DNA of 64,000 nucleotides, taken from NCBI GenBank assembly GCA_000388065.2, contig KB932202.1; one strand, 5' to 3'. Of this stretch, positions 24,912 through 35,513 are shown one piece after another. Origin of the DNA: Fonticula alba ATCC 38817 (Eukaryota > Protista > Nucleariida). Each line of letters opens with the position of its first letter. Positions within the stretch are counted from its first letter, which is position 1. A model generated the notes under the pieces. It ran no database searches. It was given only the letters and a program-made list of their open reading frames with translations, and was not told the origin of the DNA. The position numbers were made by a program, and so were the translations under genes.

Positions 24912-26387
24912 GACAGAGGGAGGGGGAGAGAGGCCCTCAGAAACAGTGCCAGCCCGCGCCGCGCGTCTCCGTGAGACGGGGCCCGAGGGCCTGCCGGGGA
25001 TCTGGCAAAAGGGGGCAGCCCGCTCGCTGGCACAAACATCCCTGCCCGACGGTGTGCCGACCCGGGGAAGAAAAGGCGCCAAATGAGGTCCAACAGACCC
25101 CCCCGCACCGGGGGTGACTGGGCCTCATCCCTCGCCTGATGCTCCCTCCCCNNNNNNNNNNNNNNNNNNNNNNNNNNNNNNNNNNNNNNNNNNNNNNNNN
25201 NNNNNNNNNNNNNNNNNNNNNNNNNNNNNNNNNNNNNNNNNNNNNNNNNNNNNNNNNNNNNNNNNNNNNNNNNNNNNNNNNNNNNNNNNNNNNNNNNNNN
25301 NNNNNNNNNNNNNNNNNNNNNNNNNNNNNNNNNNNNNNNNNNNNNNNNNNNNNNNNNNNNNNNNNNNNNNNNNNNNNNNNNNNNNNNNNNNCCCCCCCCG
25401 GGCAGAGCCTCGGCCAGGCATCCTCTTCGGCCAGATCCCATCTCCTCGAGGAGCAAGGTGTCCGGCTCCTGTCCCGCCGGTGCCCCGTCCCCCCGGCCTT
25501 CCCCCCCTGCCGGAAACGTGCCTCTGCCTCGGTCGGGGGCGATCCATGCGCCAGTATTCACGCTCGAAGTAAAACATGCCCCTCCTGGCGTATGGCGACC
25601 GGGGGCCAACCTCCGATACCCCATACCCCCCAACCTCAACGCCGCGTCCGTCGCGCCAGTGTTTGCGCGCACATCAGCGCGTCCCTCCGCCACCCCCGCC
25701 CCAGCAGAGACACCTCTTCCCTCTGTGCCCCGCCCCCCTCCCGCTCGGGCCCCCTGACTTGGTTGGGACCTTGCTGGCAACATCTCTGCCCGCCCAGTCC
25801 CCCCTCCCCCCCCCCTCCATTGGACCCTCTGTCTCGCCTCCAGTCCTCTTCGCTGTTCGCGACTCCAACCCTCTGCTTCCTGAGGCTGCGGCGGCCGAAT
25901 TCACGACGGCAGTCGGTAGATCAGCGCCTGGCTCCACTGAAAGGATCCTGGCCGCGGAACACAGGAAAGCCCNNNNNNNNNNNNNNNNNNNNNNNNNNNN
26001 NNNNNNNNNNNNNNNNNNNNNNNNNNNNNNNNNNNNNNNNNNNNNNNNNNNNNNNNNNNNNNNNNNNNNNNNNNNNNNNNNNNNNNNNNNNNNNNNNNNN
26101 NNNNNNNNNNNNNNNNNNNNNNNNNNNNNNNNNNNNNNNNNNNNNNNNNNNNNNNNNNNNNNNNNNNNNNNNNNNNNNNNNNNNNNNNNNNNNNNNNNNN
26201 NNNNNNNNNNNNNNNNNNNNNNNNNNNNNNNNNNNNNNNNNNNNNNNNNNNNNNNNNNNNNNNNNNNNNNNNNNNNNNNNNNTAACCCCATGCCGATCCC
26301 ACGCTACCCATCCCGTTCTATCCCATTCCCCCTCGCTCCCCGCTCCCCGCTCCCCGCTCCTACCCCCTCCTCACGCAGCACCACCGC

Positions 26388-28441
26388 ATGTCGGTCGAGC
26401 TACTCAGTGGCGGCGGCGGCGGCGGCGGTGGCCCCACCGTCTTCCTGCTTGGCGTGCACGATTACCTGGGCATCACGCTGGTCATCGTGCCCGCCCTGTG
26501 CATTGCCTTGGTGTTGGCCATTTCCACCTGCCTGCGGAAACGCGGCCCGGCCGAAGTCCTCAGCCAGGTGTCGCCCTTCCTCTTTTGCGCCAGCCTGGCA
26601 CAAACATGCGTCTTCCTGTCGGACGTCGGGGCGGCGGCCGTCGGCGCGCTGGACTCGGCGGTCGACGAGGGGCCGTCCATGATGGCCACCATGGTCGGCG
26701 ACCCGGCCACCGCCACCGGCATCCCTCCCGGCCGGGAGCTGCTGGTCCTCTTCCTGGTGGCCGCCTCTTTCCTGGGCCTGTCCTACTTCCTGCAGCTGCT
26801 CATGAGCATCCCCCTGGCACAGGCGGTCTTCATTGACAACCCCTCCTGGGTGATTGATCGGGGCTGTGCCTTCCTCTCGTGTACCCTGGCGTCCGGGTTC
26901 CTGTGTGGCAATGCCGGCTCCCTGCGCATCCTCAGCGGCCACGCCGAGGGGAGGGCCTGCATGTCCGGAGGCGCGCCCAGTGGCCAGCATGAGGCCTATT
27001 CGGTGCCCGCATCTGCAGTCGCCTCGGCACCGGCCACCACTGTGACCCCCAGCGTCGGCGGGGGGGTTCAGTTTGGTCGCGAAAGCCGGCGCTTCTACCA
27101 GCTGAGCGTCGTCCTGTATGCCTGTCTGCATGTGGTCCCGCAAACGGTCCTGGCCCTGGCGCTGGTGGCGCTGATTGCTCGCGGCCGGGTGCCGGCCATT
27201 GCCGCGGCCTATCCCGAAGTCCCGGTGTGGCTTGCATGCTGCCTGGTCAATCACATGGCCGTGGTCGTGGCCTGTGCCGGGGGCTTCCTGCTCGACTGGC
27301 CCGGGGGGCTGGGCTCGGCTCGGTCCGAGGCCCATGGGTCCAGCGGCCTCGGGTGTCAGTCCTCCGAGCGGGGATCCTCACTTCACTTGGACCAGTTCGG
27401 GTCTCGGGAGAATCTCCTGCTGCCCGGGGGCACTGCCGGCGATCCGCTCGGGCGCCTGTTGCTCGCCACTTCCGGCAGTGCGCTCTTCCCACTGGGGTCC
27501 TCCTCCTCGGCGGCGCTTCTCAGTGGCGGCGGCGGCACCGGCAGTGGCCAGCTTGCGTCGGCCTCCGGGTCGGCCTCCATCTACAAGGGCCGCTTTTCGG
27601 CCGGCAGCGCGCACGACTCCTCGGACCTCGGCGGCAGCGGTGCCATCTACAGCAGTGGGGCCTTTCTAATGGAGACTTTCCTGGCCGGCGCCCCGGGGAC
27701 GCGCATCAGTGACTTGTCGGCGGCGGCGGCGACGGCCGCCGCGGCGGCGGCCCTTGCCGCCGTGTCCTCATGCCCCCCGCCGGCCCGTCCGGACTGCTGT
27801 GATCCCACATGTGCCCTGTGTGGATCCAGCAGCGATGCCTCTCGCATCGGCCGACCTGGGGCCCCTGGCTGGTGGTCCGGTCGGCGGTCAATCGGCCTGG
27901 CAGCCGGCGTTCCCCCGTCCGAGGGCGCCTCGACCGATGCCACAGCCACTGTCAGTGGCCGGGCACATGCCTCTGGCTGGCTGGACGATCCGGAAGCGGG
28001 ACGCCCAGCCGGCGAGCTCCCGCTTGGTGGCGCCCGGCCCGGGGAAGTTGCTGCCCCCCTGAGCGAAGTGCAGTTCCTTCGCCTGGCTGGCGCTTCGCCC
28101 GCGGGTGCCATTCCACCCGGGAGTAGCGTCAAGTGCGTGGTCCGGCATGCTTCCGGCGCTCCATGCCCTGCCACCTGCAACTTCCCCGCCATTCCTCGCC
28201 CTCTGACCATTCCGCTTCCCGCGCCGGTCTTCTCCTTCCCCTCCGTCCTTCCCCGCTCCCCTGTCACTCCCTATCTCCGTTTCTCCCGTCGGTTCTTCCC
28301 TCCTTTTTTTTTAATAGGATATTGGCCCCTGCTGCTGTCCCCTCGATCGACGAGGAGTCGGTCCCTCTGACCGGTGATGAGGCGGACTCCGAGTTCACCG
28401 CCTCCGAGAGCCTGTCTTCCCTCTCATTGTCGGAATTGTAG
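26388..28441 (+). CDS. Hypothetical multipass membrane protein (~6 hydrophobic segments) with a long Ser/Gly/Ala-rich tail; probable intron ~28132-28318
   Basis: 660-aa GC3-rich ORF with hydrophobic segments in the first ~300 aa. A GTGCGT donor and TAG acceptor lead to a short acidic last exon (ORF 28133..28441). The 5' end lies next to an N gap. Confidence 0.7.
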
Positions 28442-29125
28442 TTGCGTTCGGCCGTGCTTCCCCGGCCGCGCTTCCCCTCCCGCCTTGCTCTCCTTCCGCC
28501 TCCTGAGAGCCGGATGCCGCCAACCACACGACAAAGACGGCCAACCCCCTTCTATCCCCCTTCCCTTTCCCGCACACCCCCACATACATATAGACGTGCC
28601 TGTTCTCGGTGGTTTTCCCTGGTCGGCGCAACTCCTCGGGGGAGGGGGGAGAGGCTGGACGCGTTGTGGGCTTAGTGAGGGAGATCACGTGTGCCCGCCC
28701 ACCATGTGCTGGCAGCCGATCTGGGTCCCCCCCCCCTGGTTTGGGTTCTGTCCGCCCTTCTGCCAGGCGCCTGGGCGGAGTCTCTCCAGTCATGGTGGTG
28801 TGCTTTGTTGTTTGGTCATCCAGGCAGGGCGATCTCTCAAAGGGGCGAGATGGGTGTGCCCCCCCCCCGCCCCCCGCCCCCCGCCCCCCGCCCCCCGCCC
28901 CCCGCCCCCTGGAGCCGTGTGGACGAGGGTGCAAATGAGCGGCCACCCTACTTATGTCGAGTCCCCGGCCTCCCAAGCACGCCTCCCTCCCCCTCCTGCG
29001 CGCCCTTCTTCCGCCGCGTCCCGCACTGCGCCCCGCCCGGCCACTCCCCCCCCCCTTTTTTTCCTGCCGTCCCTGCGACCCATCTTCGCCCTTGCCTTCA
29101 CTCCCGGCTCCTGCCTCTTCGCGCA

Positions 29126-30192
29126 ATGATCCCCGGCACCGGTCGCCTCGTGGCCATGCGCGCTGGCATGGCTCTACGCTTGCTGCGCGTGGGGTCGGCT
29201 GCCCCTGCTCTGCGACCCCGCTGCCTGGTGGCGCATGGCCGCCCCAGTGGGCTGAGCTTCCAGATGACGGCGGGGCGCCTCTTCTCCAGCGCCACTCCCC
29301 CGGGCCCGGGGACAGTGTGCTGGGGCTGCGGGACGGCGCTCGCCCCTGGGAGCCACCAGTGCGGCGCCTGCGCACGTATCAACCCCCAACTTCCGCTCAC
29401 CGGCGAGCCATGCCCCTTTGAGGTTTTGGGCCTGGCCACCTCGCCTCCGGGGGCTGCCTTCGATGTGGACCTGCGCGCGCTGCGGAGCCTCTTCCTCGAG
29501 CAGCAGATGCTCATGCATCCGGACCGCCTGGCCGGGGCGGGGGCCCACCTGACCCCGGCGCAGGTGGAGTATTCCGAGCGCTTGAGCAAGGCCGTGACTG
29601 AGGCGCATCGTGTCCTTCGGGATCCGGTGCAGCGTGCCTTTGCGCTGGTACGGACACACACACACACATGTGCACACGTACATGCCCGGAGACGAGCCCC
29701 GCCCCTCCCCTTTCTCTCCTCTCAGAGACACCTGCGGCGGTGCTGCCTGTGCCCCTACCCCAAGTCTGACAGCATGCCCCTGGTCCCTTACCCTTCAGCT
29801 TCGAGCGCATGGTCACCCCATTGATGACGGAACAACCAATGTCGACTCGGAACTTCTCATGCTGGCCTTCATGGCCCAGGAGACCATCGAGTCCGGGGAT
29901 CCGGACGAAATGAATGACCTGGCAGCCGAGAACGATCGTGCGCATGCTCCTTGCCCGCACTGCCTGCCTCATCACCCTCTCGCCCATGCCTGGGGCTGCC
30001 GCTTGCTTTCTTCTGACACTGTCCGGCCGATGCCGCCCTCGACCCCACCGCGCAGAGCGCACCCAGGAAGATCTGGAGCACTTCCGGGCCAGCCTTGCGG
30101 CCAACGATCTGGAGCAGGCCCAGAAGGTGGCCCTGCGTCTGCGCTACTGGCAGACCATCACCAATGGCCTGCGCGAGAAGCAGGACATCTAG
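29126..30192 (+). CDS. HSCB: Mitochondrial Fe-S cluster co-chaperone HSC20/HscB/Jac1; introns 29648-29798 and 29938-30055
   Basis: Basic presequence, CWGC..CGAC motif, J-domain with PFEVLGL, FDVD, MHPD and LRDPVQRA, and C-domain DSELLM..QE ... LRYW. Confidence 0.92.
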
Positions 30193-30772
30193 CGAGTCAC
30201 GCTGGCTCCCGGCGTCCTACTTCCTGGCCAGGACGCGGGCTTTTTGCGAAAAGCCCCCAACACATGTGCACACACACACACACACACACACGCATGCACG
30301 CGCGCATAAACGCTTCCCCGCCTGTGTGCGGCGCAATAGACCAAGCCCCGTGCTCGAAAAGGAGAACTCTCGTCCCGGATGTCACATGATCTCACACATC
30401 GCGTGTCGCGAAACGGTTTCCCTTCCTTTTGAACCCCGGGCGTAGCTTGTCTCCTGGATGGGGGCCCGGCTTTCGGGGAGATCTGATCGTGTGTGTGTAT
30501 GTGTGTGCCTGTGTGCCTGTGCGCCTGCGCGCCTGAGACAGCTGGAGAATCTTGAGCCAGCCCGCCGGCGGGTTCCCCCCCTCGCCTCGCCTGAGTAGAC
30601 CATAGCGCCACCACCACCACCACCACCACCGGCTATCTACCTCTCACCCTCTCCTGCATTTTCCTTCTCGCCGCATTTCGATGCCTCCTCAGCCGCCTCC
30701 ATCTGCGCGCCATCTCTCTTTCCTCCCTTCTCCTGCCTGTCTTCCCCTCTCCTGCCCCTCTTCTCCCCGAGC

Positions 30773-31402
30773 ATGGCATCCAGCCTGAAAAGGAGACTCA
30801 GCATTTCGGAAGGTCCATCCGGCGTGGCCGGCGACATGCTCGGCCCAGGTGAACTTCACCGGCGTGAATCTCTCGGGTCACCCAAACGCCTGCGGTTGTC
30901 CTTTTCCCAGCAGCAGCGCGAGCAGGAGCAGCAGGAGCAGCAGCAGCAGCGCCCCATGGACTTCGATGGCGAGCGCAGCTCGTCTTTTCTTCGGAGCAGC
31001 CAGCCGCCCCAGCCCTCGGCCGGAGGCTCCTCGCTAGCCAAGTCCACTGATGCCTCCCAAGCCAGCGCCAGCGCCAGCGCCAGCGCCGAGGACAACCTCG
31101 TGGACTCGCTCTCGCAGGAATCCGACCAGCTCATCCAGGAGATCCGGTCGGTCCTGGCCGGTATCCAGGCATCCTTCGACCACTGGGTGATGGACGTGGT
31201 AAATGGCGATGCGGCGGCCGAAGCCCGGCATCTGGATATTGTATCGGCTCGACACGGTATGGCCATGGCTGTGGGCTTTCGGCTGCGTGCATGTACTGCC
31301 CCCTCGCTTGATGACTGACGGTCTTCTTGTCTGCTTCTTCTCTCCTTCTCCCTTCCTCGGCCCCTGCCTCGTCGCCGTCGTCGCCGTCGTTCCCCTCCGC
31401 TT

Positions 31403-31443
<41 letters not shown>

Positions 31444-31819
31444 CCCCCGCCTCCTCCTCCGCCTCCTCTTGCTGGGCATCCTGTCGGCGTCTCAGCCGAG
31501 ATCGAGTCGATTGGCAGCCTCTCCGAGCAGCAAAGCCAGCAACTTGAGGTGTACAACCGAGCCATCCACCAGACCGAGGGCCTGGGCGAGCGACTAGCCG
31601 AGCTGGAGGCTTCGCGCGCAGCCACCACCGAGCGCCTTGGGCGACTTGAAGCCCAGGTGCAGGAGCTCCAACGCGCCATCGCCCAGGAAGAGCAGGGTGC
31701 GTTTCGCTCAGAGTGAAGCTCACTCCTCCCCCCCCCCCTCTGTTCCGCCGCTATTTTCCCCCTTTTGCCTGGGGGCTTCCTCTTCAACCTCCGGGACTGT
31801 GCCCTTTAATTTGCTTCTT

Positions 31820-31857
<38 letters not shown>

Positions 31858-32630
31858 CCCCCCGCCACCCGTTTGCTGACAGCCCCTTCTCCTTGTCCCT
31901 CTCTGTTGTCCTACACCCCGGCTGCCGCAATGCCCCGCCCGGGCCCACATGCAGATCTTGAGGCCATTCGGGCAGCCCAGCGCCGGAAAGAAGCCCGTGC
32001 CGGGGCGCTACTCGACCGGTTTTCTCAGTTTCTCGGGCTGCGCATCCACAAAAGCCGTGAGTCAAAGTATCCTTCATGTGTCCCTGCCTTTGCGGCCCCG
32101 GTTATTTGCTGCTGACTCTGCCCGATTGTCTCCTCCCTCTGCCCCTTCATCTTTCTTCCCCCCCCCCTCCTCCACATGCACCCAGGATCGACCTTCTCCT
32201 TCATATTCTCCAACATCGATGAGCTGGATCCCAATCGGGAGTTTGTTGTGACACTCGCCCTGAACAAGGGCAACTCACTCAATGGTGCGCCCGGTCGCCT
32301 CATCTCCCCGCATATGCCCCCCCGCCCCCCTCCCGTACCCCGGCTGTGCCTGCTCGGGTGCGATCGCCGGTCCCATGCTTCCCCCCTTTCGGGGCATCTC
32401 TGGCCAGCCTTTTCTGACCGGGTTTCCTGTCGACAATCCGGCCCCCCGCCCGACACCCCCGCTCGGCCTCCGCCGCGTCCCCGCGCCCCGTCGCCGCAGT
32501 CCTGGAGTGCACGCCCCGGCTGCCGGGGCTCGAGCCCATCATGGCCCAGCTCCGCAAGGACCGGTCGCTGCATGCATTCCTCCTGCGTGTGCGGCGGGAG
32601 TTCCGCGGGTTGGCGGGGCCACGTGCATGA
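30773..32630 (+). CDS. SPC25: Kinetochore Ndc80-complex subunit Spc25; exons 30773-31256, 31496-31696, ~31955-32056, 32186-32284, 32500-32630
   Basis: Coiled coil followed by an RWD-like region: FLGLRIHKS-RSTFSFIFSNIDELDPNREFVVTLAL and VLECTPRLPGLEPIMAQLRKDRSLHAFLLRVRREF, matching Spc25 LGLEI..FIFTNID..FLANVRKAF. All introns are phase 1 with GT..AG. Confidence 0.87.
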
Positions 32631-35513
32631 CTCTAAATACACATGATCCCTTCCTCCTAGACCTGCAAGCTGCCACATCAGATCGGGCTTCGTCCGTGGG
32701 GATGCCGGGCCGAGCTCCATTCTCGGCCGGCGTGTGNNNNNNNNNNNNNNNNNNNNNNNNNNNNNNNNNNNNNNNNNNNNNNNNNNNNNNNNNNNNNNNN
32801 NNNNNNNNNNNNNNNNNNNNNNNNNNNNNNNNNNNNNNNNNNNNNNNNNNNNNNNNNNNNNNNNNNNNNNNNNNNNNNNNNNNNNNNNNNNNNNNNNNNN
32901 NNNNNNNNNNNNNNNNNNNNNNNNNNNNNNNNNNNNNNNNNNNNNNNNNNNNNNNNNNNNNNNNNNNNNNNNNNNNNNNNNNNNNNNNNNNNNNNNNNNN
33001 NNNNNNNNNNNNNNNNNNNNNNNNNNNNNNNNNNNNNNNNNNNNNNNNNNNNNNNNNNNNNNNNNNNNNNNNNNNNNNNNNNNNNNNNNNNCCCCCCCCC
33101 CCCCCCCCCTGGGGGTGGAGAGCACGCCTCGGCCTCTCCAAGCAGATGGGTCTGCGAGGCCTTGGCGGGCCGGGCGGTGTGCCTGGTCGCTGGTGGGGTG
33201 CTGGCGCCCCCGCCAACGCCCCCCTGGGCCCGATCGATTCTCGCAAACGTGCTGGGCTCTCCCGTGCTTCGGCGTAGCCCCGTTTCCCGGGCCGGCAGAC
33301 GGCCCCGCGGCGGGGGGGGGGGCTGATCCGGGCAGGAGGGCGGGGTACTGCCGGGCCCGGGCCGGCCGACACGGACACGCGTCTGTTTTCCCGGGAAGAG
33401 GCCGCGCCCGGGTGCCGCCGGGCACATTTGCGCATGCGCGCCGGGCCCCGGCCGGCTGGAACTTGAGTTGTTCGCCCTCGGCATTGACACGCCTCTCGGG
33501 TCCGCTCCGGTGCGCCTTCGCACCTTCCTGGGGGCCGGAGAAGGGGCAGGGGGAATGTCCTGGCATCCGAGATCGCGTTGCGTTTCTTCCAGCAATTCCG
33601 CCACACACGGCTGTGGGACATCCCCCGGGCCTTGCCTCCCTCCCCCCCCCCGCCCCCGCCCCCCATTGCTGGTCCATTCACACGCTCCCCAGGGGGAATG
33701 TGGGAATCTAGTTTGTTCGGCGGCTGTGCCGTGCGCGCTTTTCCCCGGAGCCCAGTGTAGCGCAAGAGGACGCCCATCTGCTTGGCCGCCTCGCATCTGG
33801 CTGCCCCTCCGGTCCTCCCTCCGGGGCAGGGCCATGGACGCTTCCGGGGGCCCGGCGCAGCCATCGAGGGGGGGGGGGGACGGAGACTGGCTCTTCGGTG
33901 CCAGCCGGGCGCGGCGGGGCGCGGCGCGCTGGGGAGAGCGCGTAAAAGCACCTGCGGCCGAAGGCCCGAGGCCCCAGGCCGGACGCGGTTGACCCAGTCT
34001 GACACACACGGGGCCGGGCACTCTCTCGCGGCTGGCCGGCGCGATGGCGCGTTCCTCCGGGTCGGGCCGCGCGCGCGTGCGCTCGCGCGGGGCCCAACTG
34101 GGTTTCACTGCTCGTAGTTCGACCGACAACCCCCACTTCACCCTGGGCTCAGGGGGCGTGGGGGGGGGGGGCGGGGGGCCGGGGCTCGGCAGTGCGGGGC
34201 TGCTGGCTACGGGGGCGGCGCCGGGCGCCAGCTTTCCCGCGGCCAACAGGTGTCCCTCCCCTTCTCCAGGGGGCGGCGCCGGGGCGTTAACTCCCCGTCG
34301 CGGACGAAAGCGCGGGCCACCACCGGTCCAAGTGAACCCGCTGGTGCCTTCGGGACAGGCCTTGGTGCGTTCCAGAGCCCCCCGGCGAGGCGCATCTTTT
34401 TTTTTGTTATCGCGATCGCGCATTCCCTCCGCCGGGCCGACCGCCATCCATCGCGGGCGCCATATCCGCCGCCCTCCGCCCGTTCGCATCCCCCCCGCCC
34501 CCCGCCCCCCCCTCCCCGGCCGATCTGTCAAAGGTCTCTTGGCTGTTGACAGTTCGGAGTGGTGGTGCGCGGGCGGGGGTGTCGGCACGCCGCCGCACCC
34601 AAGGGCTCTCGCTTGCCCCGGTCCGTGGCCACCCCGCGCGGCTTCACATCCATCCTCACAGGGCCAGCCGCGCCCCGGGAGGCGCGGAGAAGCGGACGGA
34701 GAAAAAGAAGAAGGCCGAGGCCCGACACAGAGAAGCATCCCCCCCCCCCCCCTAACCAGGGCGGCACGGCTGGCGCCGAACGAACAGCGGGGAAGCTGCC
34801 CGCTCTGCATTAGGCCAGGGGGGCCTGCCTCTTTTGTCGCCCCCGGGGGCGCCTCGCCGCCCCAGTCGGGGGCCGGTGAGGGGCGCCCGGAATATTGGAC
34901 TAGCGGGGCAACGTCGTTGCCATCTCCCTCTCCCCACCGTCGCTGCCTCTTCCGCTTGACCACCGGGGGCGGGACCAAACCCGGCGGAGCGCCCCTCTCT
35001 TCCTACGGCGCCCCTCTCAACAAGGGGAGGAAAGGGGAGGACGGGAGGGGGGGGGGGGGGGGGGCGGGAGAGAGAGAGGAGCAGAGCAAAGGACAGACCC
35101 TCTCCTGAATGGCCGGGCCTCGAACAAGCCAGGGAGCCTGGACGCGATCTGCCCGACTGGACGCCCCCGCCCCCTTCTCGAGGGCACAGGCTCGGCGCCT
35201 GCCAGCCGCCCGGCCGCCCCGCTGGCTGTGTGTGTGTGTGTGTGTTTGTGCGGGGAGGGGGGGCCCGCGTGAAGACCCACCTGGCGGATCCCCTGAAGTG
35301 ACCCCCCGGTGCAGGGCCAACACCTCTGTCGGGACCGGTAATACCTCACCGCTCCCCCCCCCCCACCCTCGCCCGCTGTCCTCCCCCTCCTCCCCTCCCC
35401 CCTCCTGGCACACCCCTTCCCCAGCCCTCTTTCTCCGCCCCCCCCCCTCCCGTTCTTGGGTCTGGCTTAGCTTCTCGCCGCCGCCGTTCCTCCTCGTCTC
35501 GAGGGACACCACC

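Noticed and set aside
25392-25972. Possible upstream exons of the 26388 gene (for example VLFAVRDSNPLLPE...)
   Set aside because: The segment is bounded by N gaps on both sides, has no motif, and its frame cannot be established.
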